Below are positions 42,507 to 53,608 of a DNA stretch of 64,000 bases, in pieces. Position numbers and translations under genes: made by a program. The notes beneath the pieces were generated by a model. The model did no database searches and had not been told where the DNA came from. It saw only the letters and a program-made list of their open reading frames with translations. The stretch comes from Candidatus Latescibacterota bacterium (GTDB lineage Bacteria; Latescibacterota; UBA2968): assembly GCA_965198115.1 (NCBI GenBank), contig OZ240241.1, positions 5,344,001 to 5,408,000 on the forward strand, read 5' to 3'. Numbering within the stretch: the stretch's first letter is position 1; each line of letters begins with the position of its first letter.

Positions 42507-43138
42507 TTGAACCTCGAAAACATCAGATGCTTCGTCTTCGACTTCGGCTTCACCTTGAGTTCGCAACACTACTTCACGGTCAGCCCACTGGAGTGTCCTG
42601 AATGGATCGACCGCTTTCAGCAACACGTCTTCTCGGGTGACGCACCTGTTTTCGATCGCTGATGGAAGGCGTCATAGGGGCCGAAGACGTAGCCGAAATG
42701 ATGGGGCCAATCGTTGGAATGCGCGAACAAGATGTGCTGGACTACATGAAGAGAGGGTGTCTGAATCTCAGCACGAATCCGGCGGTCGCCAGACTGGTTG
42801 ACGCAGCAAGGCGAATCGGAAAGCACACGATCCTCGTTACCGGAAACATAGACCTCTTCGACTCCGTCATCGTACCCGATCTAAACCTGGCATCGAAATT
42901 CGACGTCATCGTCAATTCGTCGCGATCCCGATCCGTGTTCAAGAAAGACCTCTGGGACGAAGCCTTTCGTTCTCTGCCTGACCACGTGAGCTATCATGAC
43001 AGCTTTCTGATCGAAGACAGCCGGAAAAACGTGGAGTTGTTCCGTGAAGCCGGGGGTCAGGCTCACCGTTATCGCGACGATGAAACACTGATGGCCTACC
43101 TGGCCGACATCGGGTTTCCGCCGGCGCCCGAAACGTAG
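42507..43138 (+). pseudogene. HAD-superfamily hydrolase, frameshifted near 42660
   Basis: FVFDFGFTL motif I upstream, stop at cgc-tga; downstream frame has LVTGN, FDVIVNS, LIEDS. Confidence 0.65.
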
Positions 43139-43166
43139 ACCCTCCGAAGAATGTGATATCGACACT

Positions 43167-44313
43167 ATGACCATCACCGAAAGAAGAGACTGCCTGATTT
43201 CCGACCTCATCGAACGTTTTATCGTTATGCTACGCGTATCGCGTTCGCTCAGGTCCAGGCGGGTCGGTTCCGCGGCATCGATTCGTGGACCAATACTACA
43301 GCGAATCCAGCAGCAGATCCCGGCTCATCAGAGTCGACCCTCGACGTCCGACGCCGGCACAACTGAAGAAGATCTACAGCGACGTTGCTCTCATCAGTCA
43401 CCGCAACCCTCCAAGCTCGACTTCCCAATCCAGTCTCGTCGCCGATATGCTCGAGAAACTCGGTCTCAGACAGGGCATGAATGTTCTGGAGATCGGCGCA
43501 GGCACCGGATGGAACGCAGCCCTGATGGGCCAAATCGTCGGTCCGAAGGGCCGCGTTTGCAGCGTGGACATCCAGGCCGACGTGGCGAGACGCGCCCGCA
43601 GGCATATTCGCCGACAGGCCAGTGCGAATGTCACGATCCTGACCGCGGACGGAGGAAAGGGATACGACGGTGGCGCTCCGTACGACCGCATCGTCACAAC
43701 CGTCAGCTGTCCAACGATTCCACCCGCCTGGACGTACCAGCTCAAGCAGGGAGGGTCGATGTTGATCACCCTCCAGGACATACCGGGCGAAACGTGGTGT
43801 CTTATGGTCAAACTGCAAAAGAGGACTAACCACTTGCGGGGTCGGATCGTCGGGCTACCCGGATTCATGACCTTGATGGGCGCTTACGCAGCCGAATCCA
43901 CCGACAGCGGTCGGTTCGATACGATCCGAAGAGGCCGACCCTCGCGTCACCCCGCGCCGTGGGAGAGCTGGGGACCGTGGCTTGCTAACTGGTTGAGGCG
44001 GGATCTGCTCTTTTTCGCCAGTCTGCAAGGGCTTATCGTCGAGCCCTTCGAAGACAGCCACGTCATTTCAGACCCGACAGCCGACGGCCTCTGCGTGGCG
44101 ACAGACGCCGACATTCGAGTCTATGGCGACGGCAGAGTGTATCTGAAGTTCGAACAATCCGTGCAGAAATGGCTGGACTTGGGCGCTCCCAGGCGAGACG
44201 ATTACAGTCTCGAAGTGTGGCCGTCCGAGGAGCGTAAGAAAGTACCTTCAGACGGATGGGTGCTGCACCGCAGACACGCTCAACTGATCTTCCGACTGAA
44301 AAAACAGCTCTGA
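43167..44313 (+). pseudogene. Protein-L-isoaspartate O-methyltransferase-like protein, disrupted near the 5' end
   Basis: VPRHRFV, STSQ, VLEIGAGTGWNAAL, DG..G....APYDRI; the N-terminal part is in another frame before ~43265. Confidence 0.75.
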
Positions 44314-44328
44314 CTACGGAGATATTCG

Positions 44329-45084
44329 ATGATCGACCTGGAAGGTAAAGTCGCACTCGTAACCGGTGCATCTCGCGGGATCGGTCGAGCTACGGCGATC
44401 GAGCTCGCGAAGGTAGGCGCCGATGTCACCGTCAATTTCCACAGCCACGGCGATGAAGCAGCCGAAGTCGTTGCCGAGATCGAAGACCTTGGCCGACGAG
44501 GGATCACATTCGGAGCAGATGTCTCCGATCGTGACGCAGTCGAAGCAATGGTCGAGGCCACGGTGGATGCCTTCGGCCGACTCGACATCCTCATATCGAA
44601 CGCCTACTACTCCAAGCGCGAGCCCTTCCTCGATCTGACTGAAGAGGCGATGCGCCGCACCCTGGATGTCACGTTATGGGGTGCTTTTCATTCCGCCCAG
44701 GTCTCCGCTCGACAGATGGCCGAACAGGGCGACGGCGGCAGTATCTGCTTCATCTCCTCAGTACTCGCCCACATCCCGATGCCTACATCCCTCCCCTACA
44801 ACACGGCCAAAGCCGGCATCAACCATATGTCGGCCACGATCGCAAAGGAACTCACCCCGCATCGTATTCGATCCAACGTCATCGAGCCGGGTTGGATCGA
44901 CACGCCCGGTGAACGCCAATACACCACCGATGCCGAAATGGTGGAAGGCGCCAAGAAGCTTCCCTGGAAACGGTTGGGCGAACCCGAAGAGATTGCTAAA
45001 ATGGCTACCTATCTATCTTCGGACACAGCGGATTACATCACGGGCTCGGTGTTCCGAGTGGATGGGGGTTTCAGTCTGCAATGA
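44329..45084 (+). CDS. SDR family oxidoreductase (FabG-like)
   Basis: TGASRGIG, SNA, YNTAK, PGWIDT, TG..F.VDGG. Confidence 0.93.
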   Translation: MIDLEGKVALVTGASRGIGRATAIELAKVGADVTVNFHSHGDEAAEVVAEIEDLGRRGITFGADVSDRDAVEAMVEATVDAFGRLDILISNAYYSKREPFLDLTEEAMRRTLDVTLWGAFHSAQVSARQMAEQGDGGSICFISSVLAHIPMPTSLPYNTAKAGINHMSATIAKELTPHRIRSNVIEPGWIDTPGERQYTTDAEMVEGAKKLPWKRLGEPEEIAKMATYLSSDTADYITGSVFRVDGGFSLQ

Positions 45085-45149
45085 GGATCGTCATAACCTG
45101 AACCGCACACACAACACGCCAGGAAGGGCTCTCTGTCTTTCCGGCCACG

Positions 45150-45290
45150 GCCCGTTCGTCCTTCGATACAACGATAAACGGCCTGTACAAGGGCAGCAAT
45201 TCTAGCTTCCCCAGACGTTTACTCAGGATGAACGGTGGGTGATCTGCCACTTTATCTTTCGTGTCTTCGTGTCTTCGTGTCTTAGCGTTA
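45150..45290. repeat. Composite intergenic repeat, copy A
   Basis: ccgttcgtcc..cttcgatacaacg...gtttactcaggatgaacggtgggtgat...ttcgtgtcttcg; shared with 46363-46532. Confidence 0.7.
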
Positions 45291-45312
45291 GGGCCCCGCC
45301 CCGGAGCCAAGA

Positions 45313-46350
45313 ATGATCGATCTTGCGACATCGTGTGAGATGCCCGACCGACCGCGCCCCATTCTGGAGATCGGTGCGGGTGGGATCGTCCGGGACGCTC
45401 ATCTGCCAGCGTATCGGTTGGCCGGATTCGAGCATTTCGGCCTCTACGATCCCGACATTGTCAAAGCGAGGGCCCTCGCAGCGCAGTTCAACGTGCCTCG
45501 CGTCTTCGAATCGATGGGTGAGGCGCTATCGGCCGCACCTGACAACGTCGTCTTCGACGTCGCGGTTCCCGGTGGTGTTGTTCGTGACGTCGTCCCCCTG
45601 CTTCCAGACAATGCGGCCGTCCTTATCCAGAAGCCTCTCGGGCTCAACCTCGCCGACGCCCGCCACATCTGCCAACTCTGTTGCGACAAAGGGTTGACCG
45701 CTGCGGTCAACTTCCAGCTGCGCTACGCCCCTCCCATCATCGCCCTCCGCGATCTGGTCGACCGAGGCCTGCTCGGCAAGCTTCACGACATCCAGCTGCA
45801 GGTCAACCTCTGGACACCGTGGGAGCTCTGGGACTTCCTGAAGACAGAGGAACGTGTGATCCGGTCGTTCATTGGTGATCCAACAGGGGTTTATGCGCGG
45901 GTGTACCGCAGCCCTCGACAGCCTGATTTGGCCGATGTCAAATCGACGACGATTCTGGAATACGGCGACGCTCTGCGCGTCACCGTCAGCGCAAACCACT
46001 GTCACGAAGGCGGACTGACCAACCAGGAATCCTACTTACGCTTCGAAGGCGACAAAGGTATCGCCAAAGTGACCCTTGGCCTCTGCATGGACTACCCCCG
46101 GGGCCAGCCCGACGTCTTCGAGTATTGTCTGTTCGACCGGGATGACCGCGCATGGCAAACGGTTGACATCGACGGCACCTGGATGCCTCACGCCTTCATC
46201 GGCACGATGGCAAGTGTCATGCGCAAGGTCGAGGACCTCTCACGCCCCCTGCCAACCCACGTCGACGACGCCTTGCGGACAATGGCCGTCGTCGAAGCGG
46301 CGTATGCGTTGAGCGCCGGTGGGGCTACCCCAATCGACTACGGAAACTGA
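45313..46350 (+). CDS. Gfo/Idh/MocA oxidoreductase, possibly with an internal in-frame deletion
   Basis: IGAGGIV, QKPLG, VNFQLR; the usual H..D segment is not seen between ERV and IRSF. Confidence 0.8.
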   Translation: MIDLATSCEMPDRPRPILEIGAGGIVRDAHLPAYRLAGFEHFGLYDPDIVKARALAAQFNVPRVFESMGEALSAAPDNVVFDVAVPGGVVRDVVPLLPDNAAVLIQKPLGLNLADARHICQLCCDKGLTAAVNFQLRYAPPIIALRDLVDRGLLGKLHDIQLQVNLWTPWELWDFLKTEERVIRSFIGDPTGVYARVYRSPRQPDLADVKSTTILEYGDALRVTVSANHCHEGGLTNQESYLRFEGDKGIAKVTLGLCMDYPRGQPDVFEYCLFDRDDRAWQTVDIDGTWMPHAFIGTMASVMRKVEDLSRPLPTHVDDALRTMAVVEAAYALSAGGATPIDYGN

Positions 46351-46362
46351 CATTGCTCAGGC

Positions 46363-46532
46363 ACCGTTCGTCCCTTCGACTCCGCTCAGGGCGGGCTCTT
46401 CGATACAACGGGTCACAATCGATCGTATAGCTACATCCTGAACGGTTCTACGAGGCCGTTTACTCAGGATGAACGGTGGGTGATTCGCCAAGCTTATCCT
46501 TCGTGTCTTCGCGTCTTTGCGCCTTCGTGTCT
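46363..46532. repeat. Composite intergenic repeat, copy B
   Basis: Same blocks as 45150-45290 plus cccttcgactccgctcagggc. Confidence 0.7.
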
Positions 46533-46555
46533 AAAGTCCCCGATGGTGGTAAGAA

Positions 46556-48038
46556 ATGCCCGACGCACCTGAACATCCCAACCTGGTTTTCATCTTACCC
46601 GACCGCCAACGGCGCGACACGCTCGCCTGCTACGGCAACAACTGGATCCAGGTCCCGCATCTCAATGGGCTGGCCGAAGAGAGCTTCGTCTTCGACAACT
46701 GCTACGTAACCCAGGCCGTTTGCTGTCCCGCCCGGGCTTCCATCATGAGTGGTCTCTACCCCGTCGACGCGGGAATGCCCGTCAACCTCCGTATCATGCC
46801 CGATTCCGTCCAAACCATCGGCGAAATATTGTCGGACACTTACCACACCGGCTACATCGGCAAATGGCATCTGGGTGACGAGCTCATCGCGCAACACGGC
46901 TTCGAAGAGTGGATCCCGTGTTTCGAACATTGGTGGCGCCAGTACAGGGATCAATCGCAGAAAACCCTTTTCTCACCGTATCACCACTGGCTTATCGAGA
47001 ACGGATTCGAGCCCGACGCGCCGCATCCCGGTGGGAAGATGTTCTCCCCCGAATTCCGTGCCGATCTCCCTGACGGGTATCATATGACGACGTTTCTCGG
47101 CGATCGGGCCGCCGACTTCATCACCCGCAACGCGGAACGTCCGTTCGTCCTCTACGTCAGCTCGAAGGAACCGCACCCACCCTTCACGAGCTACCACAAC
47201 GACCTTTACGATCCCGCGACGCTCCCGGTTGACGACACATTCCTGACTTATCCCGAGGGACACTCGTTGTTCAACCGGATCCGTGCGGAGTTCTGGATGC
47301 AGGCCACGCACGGAGGTGACTTCGACCTGACCACGGAATCGGGCGCACGACAGATGCGATCGAACTACTTCGGCTGCGTGTCACTCGTCGACGAAATGGT
47401 GGGCCGTGTCCTCGGCGCCATCGACGATGCTGGCCTCCGCGACAACACGATCGTCGTCTTCACGAGCGACCACGGGGAGATGGTCGGTACGCACGGCCAC
47501 GTCGAGATGCGATCGCCCTATGAAGAATCCTCCCGTGTGCCGCTTCTCGTGCGGGCCCCGTGGTTGAGTCAGGACCAACAGCGCGTCGACGGCAACTTCC
47601 AGCCAGATCGACTTCGTGCCGACACTTCTCGACCTGCTAGGGGAATCCGTGCCGGATCACTTGCCGGGTTCCAGCCGCGCCGATGTTTTACGTGGCACCG
47701 GCACTCTGAGCGACAACGACATCTTCATCCAGCACAATGGCATCGGTGACCGCGACCTGACATCGGCCTCGACCTCTCACACGATGCCGCCCGAACGCGT
47801 CCAACAGCTGAACCTGCTGAAGACCGCACCGTGGCGAAGCGTCGTCACCTCCGATCGCTGGAAGCTGACCCTTTGCGCCGCTGATCAAGGCGAACTGTTC
47901 GACCTCGACACCGATCCCTCTGAAACGACCAACCTGTTCGACTTACCCGAGCATCGGGATCGCGTACGCTGGATGGCGGCGCGGCTGAGGCTCTGGCAAC
48001 AGGAAGCCGGTGACACCGCTCCCTTGCCGGGGGTTTGA
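46556..48038 (+). pseudogene. Sulfatase, frameshifted near 47600
   Basis: CCPAR, GKWH, SDHGEM; an extra C in aacttcc-agccagatcgac moves SQID/PTLLDL into another frame. Confidence 0.85.
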
Positions 48039-48048
48039 CAAGGACTTA

Positions 48049-50771
48049 GGGTTTGCCACGAAATAAGTGCTGCACTTTTCAAGGTAATGATCTTACGCTC
48101 GGAGTGTGGACGTCGAAACTCTCCGAACGAAGTATGAAGCCTTGGCTCCGGTGCTGACGGAACGCACGCGTCGTCTGTGGGCCGCCACGGAAGCCGAAGC
48201 GTTGGGTCACGGTGGGATCGCGATTGTGGCTCTGGCGACAGGAATGTCCAGAGAGCGGATCTTTCGTGGCATTCAGGAGTTGAGGTCGGACGAACCTTTG
48301 GACCCGGCTCGCATCCGGCGTCCAGGCGGCGGTCGTAAGCGGAAGGCCGACACGGACCCGACGCTGTGGCAGGACCTGAATGATCTGGTCGAGCCAACGA
48401 CTGCGGGGTCGCCTGACGACAATCCTCTGAGATGGACATCGAAGAGCACTCGCAAACTGGCCGCCGAGTTGCAAGCGATGGGGCATTCGGTGAGCCCCAG
48501 GATCGTTGCCAATCTCCTGCACGAACACGATTACACGCTGCAGGCGAATCGGAAGACAAGGGAGGGATCTGCACACCCGGATCGGGACGCTCAGTTCGTT
48601 TACCTCGATGATCGGATTAGCCAGCAGCAGCAGCAGGGCCTTCCCGTTATCTCGGTGGACACCAAGAAGAAAGAGTTGATCGGCGACTTCAAGAATCCTG
48701 GCCGAGAATGGCGACCCAAGGGAGACCCGGAGCGTGTGAAGGTACACGATTTCATAGTGCCTGCTCAGGGCAAGGCGATCCCTTATGGAGTGTATGATCT
48801 GAGCCGTGATGAAGGCTGGGTAAGTGTCGGTATCGATCACGACACGGCCAGCTTCGCCGTGAATGCGATCCGAAGTTGGTGGAAGAACATGGGACGGCCC
48901 GCCTACGGCACTTCGACGCATCTGCTAATCACGGCGGACGCAGGCGGCAGCAACGGCGCCAAGACGCGGCTGTGGAAGTGGGAGCTGCAGCGCTTTGCGA
49001 ATCGCACTGGCCTGACGATCACCGTATGCCACTACCCTCCTGGCACTAGTAAGTGGAACAAGATCGAACATCGCCTGTTCTCCTTCATCGCTATGAACTG
49101 GGCGAGGCAAGCCCCTGGTCAGCCTGGCTGCAACCGTGAATCTCATTGCCGGAACGACCACTCAAGCCGGTCTCCGAGTACGCTCCGAGATCGACAAGCG
49201 ACCCTACCCTAACGGGGTCAAGGTGACCGATGAACAGATGACCCAAATCGATCTCACTCCGCACGATTTCCACGGCGACTGGAACTACACGATCCGGCCA
49301 ATGGCTCAACATTGAGATCGACCGTTTATTTATGGCTATATTCGGATCTCTCAACGAGATGAAGTGGGTGAAGGTGCCGTGGTTCCTGGCATGGGGGCGC
49401 GGTTAGAGTGTGCGGAACCTCTTCGGAATCTGCTCAGGGATGTTTATGTCTCCGACGGTAAGGAAGATCATATCGTTGAATGCGTCGAGTGTGCGGAATC
49501 CGCTGGCTCGGTTCTTGACGATTTGGACGATTCGGTTGAGGCCTTCGGCGATGGCGTTGGTAAGACGCGTGTTCACGAATGCGAGGACGCCGAAGAAGTG
49601 CTGTCGCAGGGTCCTGACGAACTTTCGCAGGGGTTCAAGTCGACTTCTGAGTGCGGACGTCGTCCAGCATTTCAGGAAGCGTTCGGCAGCCCAGGGCGCT
49701 TTGTATTCCCAGAACTGCTCGAACTCGTCCTTGAGTCTCCAGGCTCTATAGATTCGGTAGTTCGCCTTCTCCAGTGCTTTGAGTGTCCGAGTATCCCCTC
49801 TGGAGCGTGTCGCTGAGTGCCGGTAGAGGAGCCATCGGAGGCCCTTCATGGCTTTGCGCTCATCCGGGGCAGCTTTACGCCACTGGTCCTTACGGACCTC
49901 GTCAACGGCGGCATTGAGAGCCTTGACGATGTGAAAGCGATCGAGGACCAGCTTGGCATTCGGACAGTGTTCCTGGATGGCTCCGATGTAAGCTTCGCTC
50001 ATGTCGCAGCAGGCCCACTCGATCTTGGATCTCCGGTAGGGACTGAGAGCCTCTGTGAAGAACCGATCGATCGTTTTACGCGCCCTGCCGCGGCCAACCC
50101 ACACCACGCAGGAGCGGTCCAGATCGTAAACGAGCGTGGCGTACCTGTGACGCTTGGCGTAGGAGATCTCGTCGATCCCGATGGTTTTGAGCCCTCGGAT
50201 ACGATGACCTTCACGAAGCCGCGTGATGGATCGGTGAAGGAGATCCGACAGCGTCGAGGCAGAGATGCGCAGCAACTCGGACGCCGCCTTCTGCGTCATG
50301 GTCTGGCAGTAGCGCAGCATGGCATACTCGAAGCGATACGTCACCCGAGAGAACCGCTCCGCCCACGGAATCTCCTCGACCACACGACCGTGGGTAGGAC
50401 ACCGAATCTCCCGAGGATGGTAGAGAAGCCAGACCCTCCACCCGCACACCGGAATGTCACGCCACCGACGCGGATGGGGCATTGTGCGGACGATTTTACC
50501 TCGACGGCCGCACTCCGGACAACAACAACCATTCTTATGGGGCTTTACGGCGATGACGAAACAGCTTCTCCCCTCAAACCACCAGCTGACAACACGGAAC
50601 CCCTTGAATCTCAGCAGTTTCGATAGTAATCTGCTCCCGGTCATAGGTCGCACCCCCTTCGCTTTGATTGTCCTACACACACAACCAAGCGTAGGGAACG
50701 ATCTATGACCTTGTCATTCTATAGTTTCACCGTTGAGAAACCCGGATAGAGCCTTATTTATTCGCGAACCC
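48049..50771 (+). mobile_element. ISAzo13-family element, copy 2 (transposase 48106-~49315, +1 frameshift near 49101) with ISL3 in its right TIR
   Basis: Near-identical to copy 1; TTA TSD at 48046-48048 and 50772-50774. Confidence 0.93.
49334..50753 (-). mobile_element. ISL3-family element, copy 3 (transposase 49403-50680)
   Basis: 1420 bp; 8-bp TSD ttatttat. Confidence 0.96.
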
Positions 50772-50774
50772 TTA

Positions 50775-51940
50775 GTGTCACGTCCCAGGAATAACTAGAA
50801 AAATATTCGATTCTGTCGTATGGTTCCTCAAGCACTCATTCTTGGGAGGAACCGATGGCTAGAGGTCGTCCGTTACAGCCACTGAACATCAGTGATGAGG
50901 TCCACGATCAACTCGAGTCATTGTCTCGTTCGCGTAGCATGTCTCACGCTTTGGTGCGTCGCGCGAAGATCGTCTTGATGAGCGATTGCGGTCTGACCAA
51001 TCAGGAGATCGCGGAACGAGTCGGGTTGTCCGGAGCGTCTGTCGGCAAGTGGCGTCGTCGCTTCTGCGAGCAAGGCTTGATGGGACTGTATGACGAATTG
51101 CGTCCTGGAGGGCCACGGTCGGTCAGCGACGAAGAGATCTCCTCCCTCATCTACAAGACGCTCAAGAAGCAACCGAAGGGTGCCACCCACTGGACCTGTC
51201 GTTCGATGGCCGACGAGACGGGGCTCTCCAAGTCCTCGGTTCAACGTGTATGGAAAGCTTTTGGCCTGCAACCGCATCGACAGAAGCACTTCAAACTGTC
51301 GAACGATCCCTTCTTCGTCGAGAAAGTCAGGGATATCGTCGGTCTATACCTGAACCCACCGGACAACGCGATGGTGCTCTGTGTAGACGAGAAGAGCCAG
51401 ATTCAAGCACTCGAACGGACACAACCGATTCTTCCTTTGGGTCTCGGATACGTCGAGGGCGTCACTCACAGCTATATCCGGAACGGCACGACCACCCTCT
51501 TTGCAGCGCTCAACATCGCATCCGGCAAAGTTCTGACTCAGTGCAAGCCCAGACACCGCAACAAAGAGTTCCTTCAGTTCCTCAAGCACATCGACAAGAA
51601 CGTCCCAAAGGATCTCGACATCCATCTGGTCGTCGATAATTACGGCACGCACAAGCACCCGAACGTCAAGCGTTGGCTCGCCTCACGGAAACGATATCAC
51701 GTGCACTACACACCAACATATGCCTCCTGGCTGAACCAGGTAGAGATCTGGTTCGGTATCATCACCCAAAGAGCCATTCGACGAGGCACCTTCAGAAGCG
51801 TCAAGGACCTGATCGCCTGCATCAAGAAATTCACTGATCACTACAACGAGAATTCTACACCCTTCGTCTGGACCGCCACGGCAGATTCAATCCTCGAGAA
51901 AGTCCATAAACTTTTGAAGCTTATACGCGGGACGTGACAT
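50775..51940 (+). mobile_element. IS630-family element
   Basis: TIRs gtgtcacgtccc / gggacgtgacat flanked by TA. Confidence 0.93.
50855..51937 (+). CDS. IS630 transposase
   Basis: HTH, VDEKSQIQAL, DNY.THK, TPTYASWLNQVE, PFVW. Confidence 0.96.
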   Translation: MARGRPLQPLNISDEVHDQLESLSRSRSMSHALVRRAKIVLMSDCGLTNQEIAERVGLSGASVGKWRRRFCEQGLMGLYDELRPGGPRSVSDEEISSLIYKTLKKQPKGATHWTCRSMADETGLSKSSVQRVWKAFGLQPHRQKHFKLSNDPFFVEKVRDIVGLYLNPPDNAMVLCVDEKSQIQALERTQPILPLGLGYVEGVTHSYIRNGTTTLFAALNIASGKVLTQCKPRHRNKEFLQFLKHIDKNVPKDLDIHLVVDNYGTHKHPNVKRWLASRKRYHVHYTPTYASWLNQVEIWFGIITQRAIRRGTFRSVKDLIACIKKFTDHYNENSTPFVWTATADSILEKVHKLLKLIRGT

Positions 51941-52159
51941 TAGTAGGGCATCAAGTTAATTTTCCGATCGATCGGAAAATTGGATGCCAGCGCTGCAATT
52001 CGTCCCGAAATCAGCGTCGTTTGCCAATCTCTCCTTTCCTAATTCAATAAGTCTCCGTTAGTTGGGGCACGTTCGCGTGGGTTCCCAATCTGCGCCGATT
52101 GCTCAGCGCGGGATCGAAGTCGTACAATAGAGCGGCGCACTTTTCCCGTCCTCGCGAGT

Positions 52160-52250
52160 ACCCGGGGCTGAAGCCCCGGGCTAGGAGGACGCAGCCCTTT
52201 CAGGGCTGAATCTCCAACCCCTCCGTATTCTCAGTGTTCTCCGTGGCTGT
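52160..52250. repeat. REP-like palindromes
   Basis: cccggggctgaagccccggg and cagccctttcagggctg, followed by a tccgtg-type repeat. Confidence 0.65.
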
Positions 52251-52271
52251 CTTTGACTTACAGGAGTGTCA

Positions 52272-53608
52272 TTGAAACCCAACATCATCCTGATCAACTG
52301 CGACGACCTCGGCTACGGTGACCTCGGATGCTACGGCTCCGAAGTCAACAAGACGCCCGCTCTCGACCGGATGGCCGCCTAGGGTACCCGGTTCACCGAT
52401 TTCTACATGGCCTCCCCCGTCTGCTCGCCCTCGCGAGGCGCGATGCTCACGGGTTGCTATCCCTCGCGTATCGGCTTTGGCGAGTTCGACGGTCGCTGGG
52501 TGCTGTTTCCGGGTCAGGGAATCGGACTCAACCCGAGCGAAACCACGATCGCCCGTCTCCTCAAGAACGTGGGATACGCGATGAAAATCGTCGGCAAGTG
52601 GCACTGCGGCGATCAACAGGATCATCTTCCGACACGACACGGCTTCGACAGCTACTACGGGATTCCCTACAGCAATGACATGGGAATTCAAGGCGGGAAC
52701 GATAGGGGCTTCCCACCACTGCCGCTCCTCCGAGACGAGACCGTCATCCAAGCCCAGCCCGACCAGCGCGGCATCACGGAACGCTACGTCGAAGAATCCG
52801 TCCGTTTTTGTGCGGAACAACGCGGGCAGCGGGACTCCGTTCTTCCTTCTATCTCGCTCACATGCACGTTCATCTTCCGCACTATCCGCCGGAACGCTTC
52901 CTCCGCGAATCGGAAAACGGTCCTTACGGCGGAGCGGTCGCTGCGATCGATTGGGCAACGGATGTTCTCCTGGACGAGTTGAAGTCACTCGGTCTGGATG
53001 AGGATACGCTCGTGATCTTCACGAGTGACAATGGATCTCGCATGCAGGGACAGGGCGGGAGCAACGGTGAGTTGAGAGGGATCAAAGGGACCACGTGGGA
53101 AGGCGGCGTGCGTGTTCCCATGATCGCGCGCTGGCTTGGGAAAGTACCCGCTGGTCGCGTGTGCAGCGAGTTGACGCTCTCGATGGATCTGTGCCCGACC
53201 CTGGCCGCTGTCGGCGGCAGCGAGATGCCCGAAGACCGGATCATAGACGGAAAGGACATCCAGCCGATCCTATATGGTGAGGACGGCGCGAAGTCCGAAC
53301 ACGACGCGTTCTTCTACTACAAGAAAAACGTTCTCGAAGCCGTTCGAAGCGGGAAGTGGAAGCTTCACATACGGAGGGAGGAACCCCGCAAAACGGGGAA
53401 CCTGACGGTCGACACGGGCAAGGAAAGAGCCATCGAAGAGCTGAGGGAGCTCTACGACCTGGAGTCGGACATCGGTGACAGCGCGGTCGGAATCGAAGGT
53501 GAGAACATCAGACCCGCCGGCCGGGTCGACAACCCCGACACGCTCACCCGCTACGATCCTGAACATCCGTATATGATCGCGATGTACGATCTCGAAGAAC
53601 GTGGATGA
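52272..53608 (+). pseudogene. Arylsulfatase pseudogene
   Basis: DDLGYGDLG, in-frame TAG at 52380, CSPSR, frameshift near 52840, apparently shortened C-terminus. Confidence 0.88.

Noticed and set aside
45150-46532. Possible CRISPR repeats or integron attC sites
   Set aside because: Only two degenerate copies 1.2 kb apart, no regular spacers, no cas or intI gene, no clear attC R-box pair
52380-52382. In-frame TAG as pyrrolysine or recoding
   Set aside because: The gene also has a frameshift and an apparent deletion, and TAG is a normal stop elsewhere in the window; a GAG->TAG mutation is simpler
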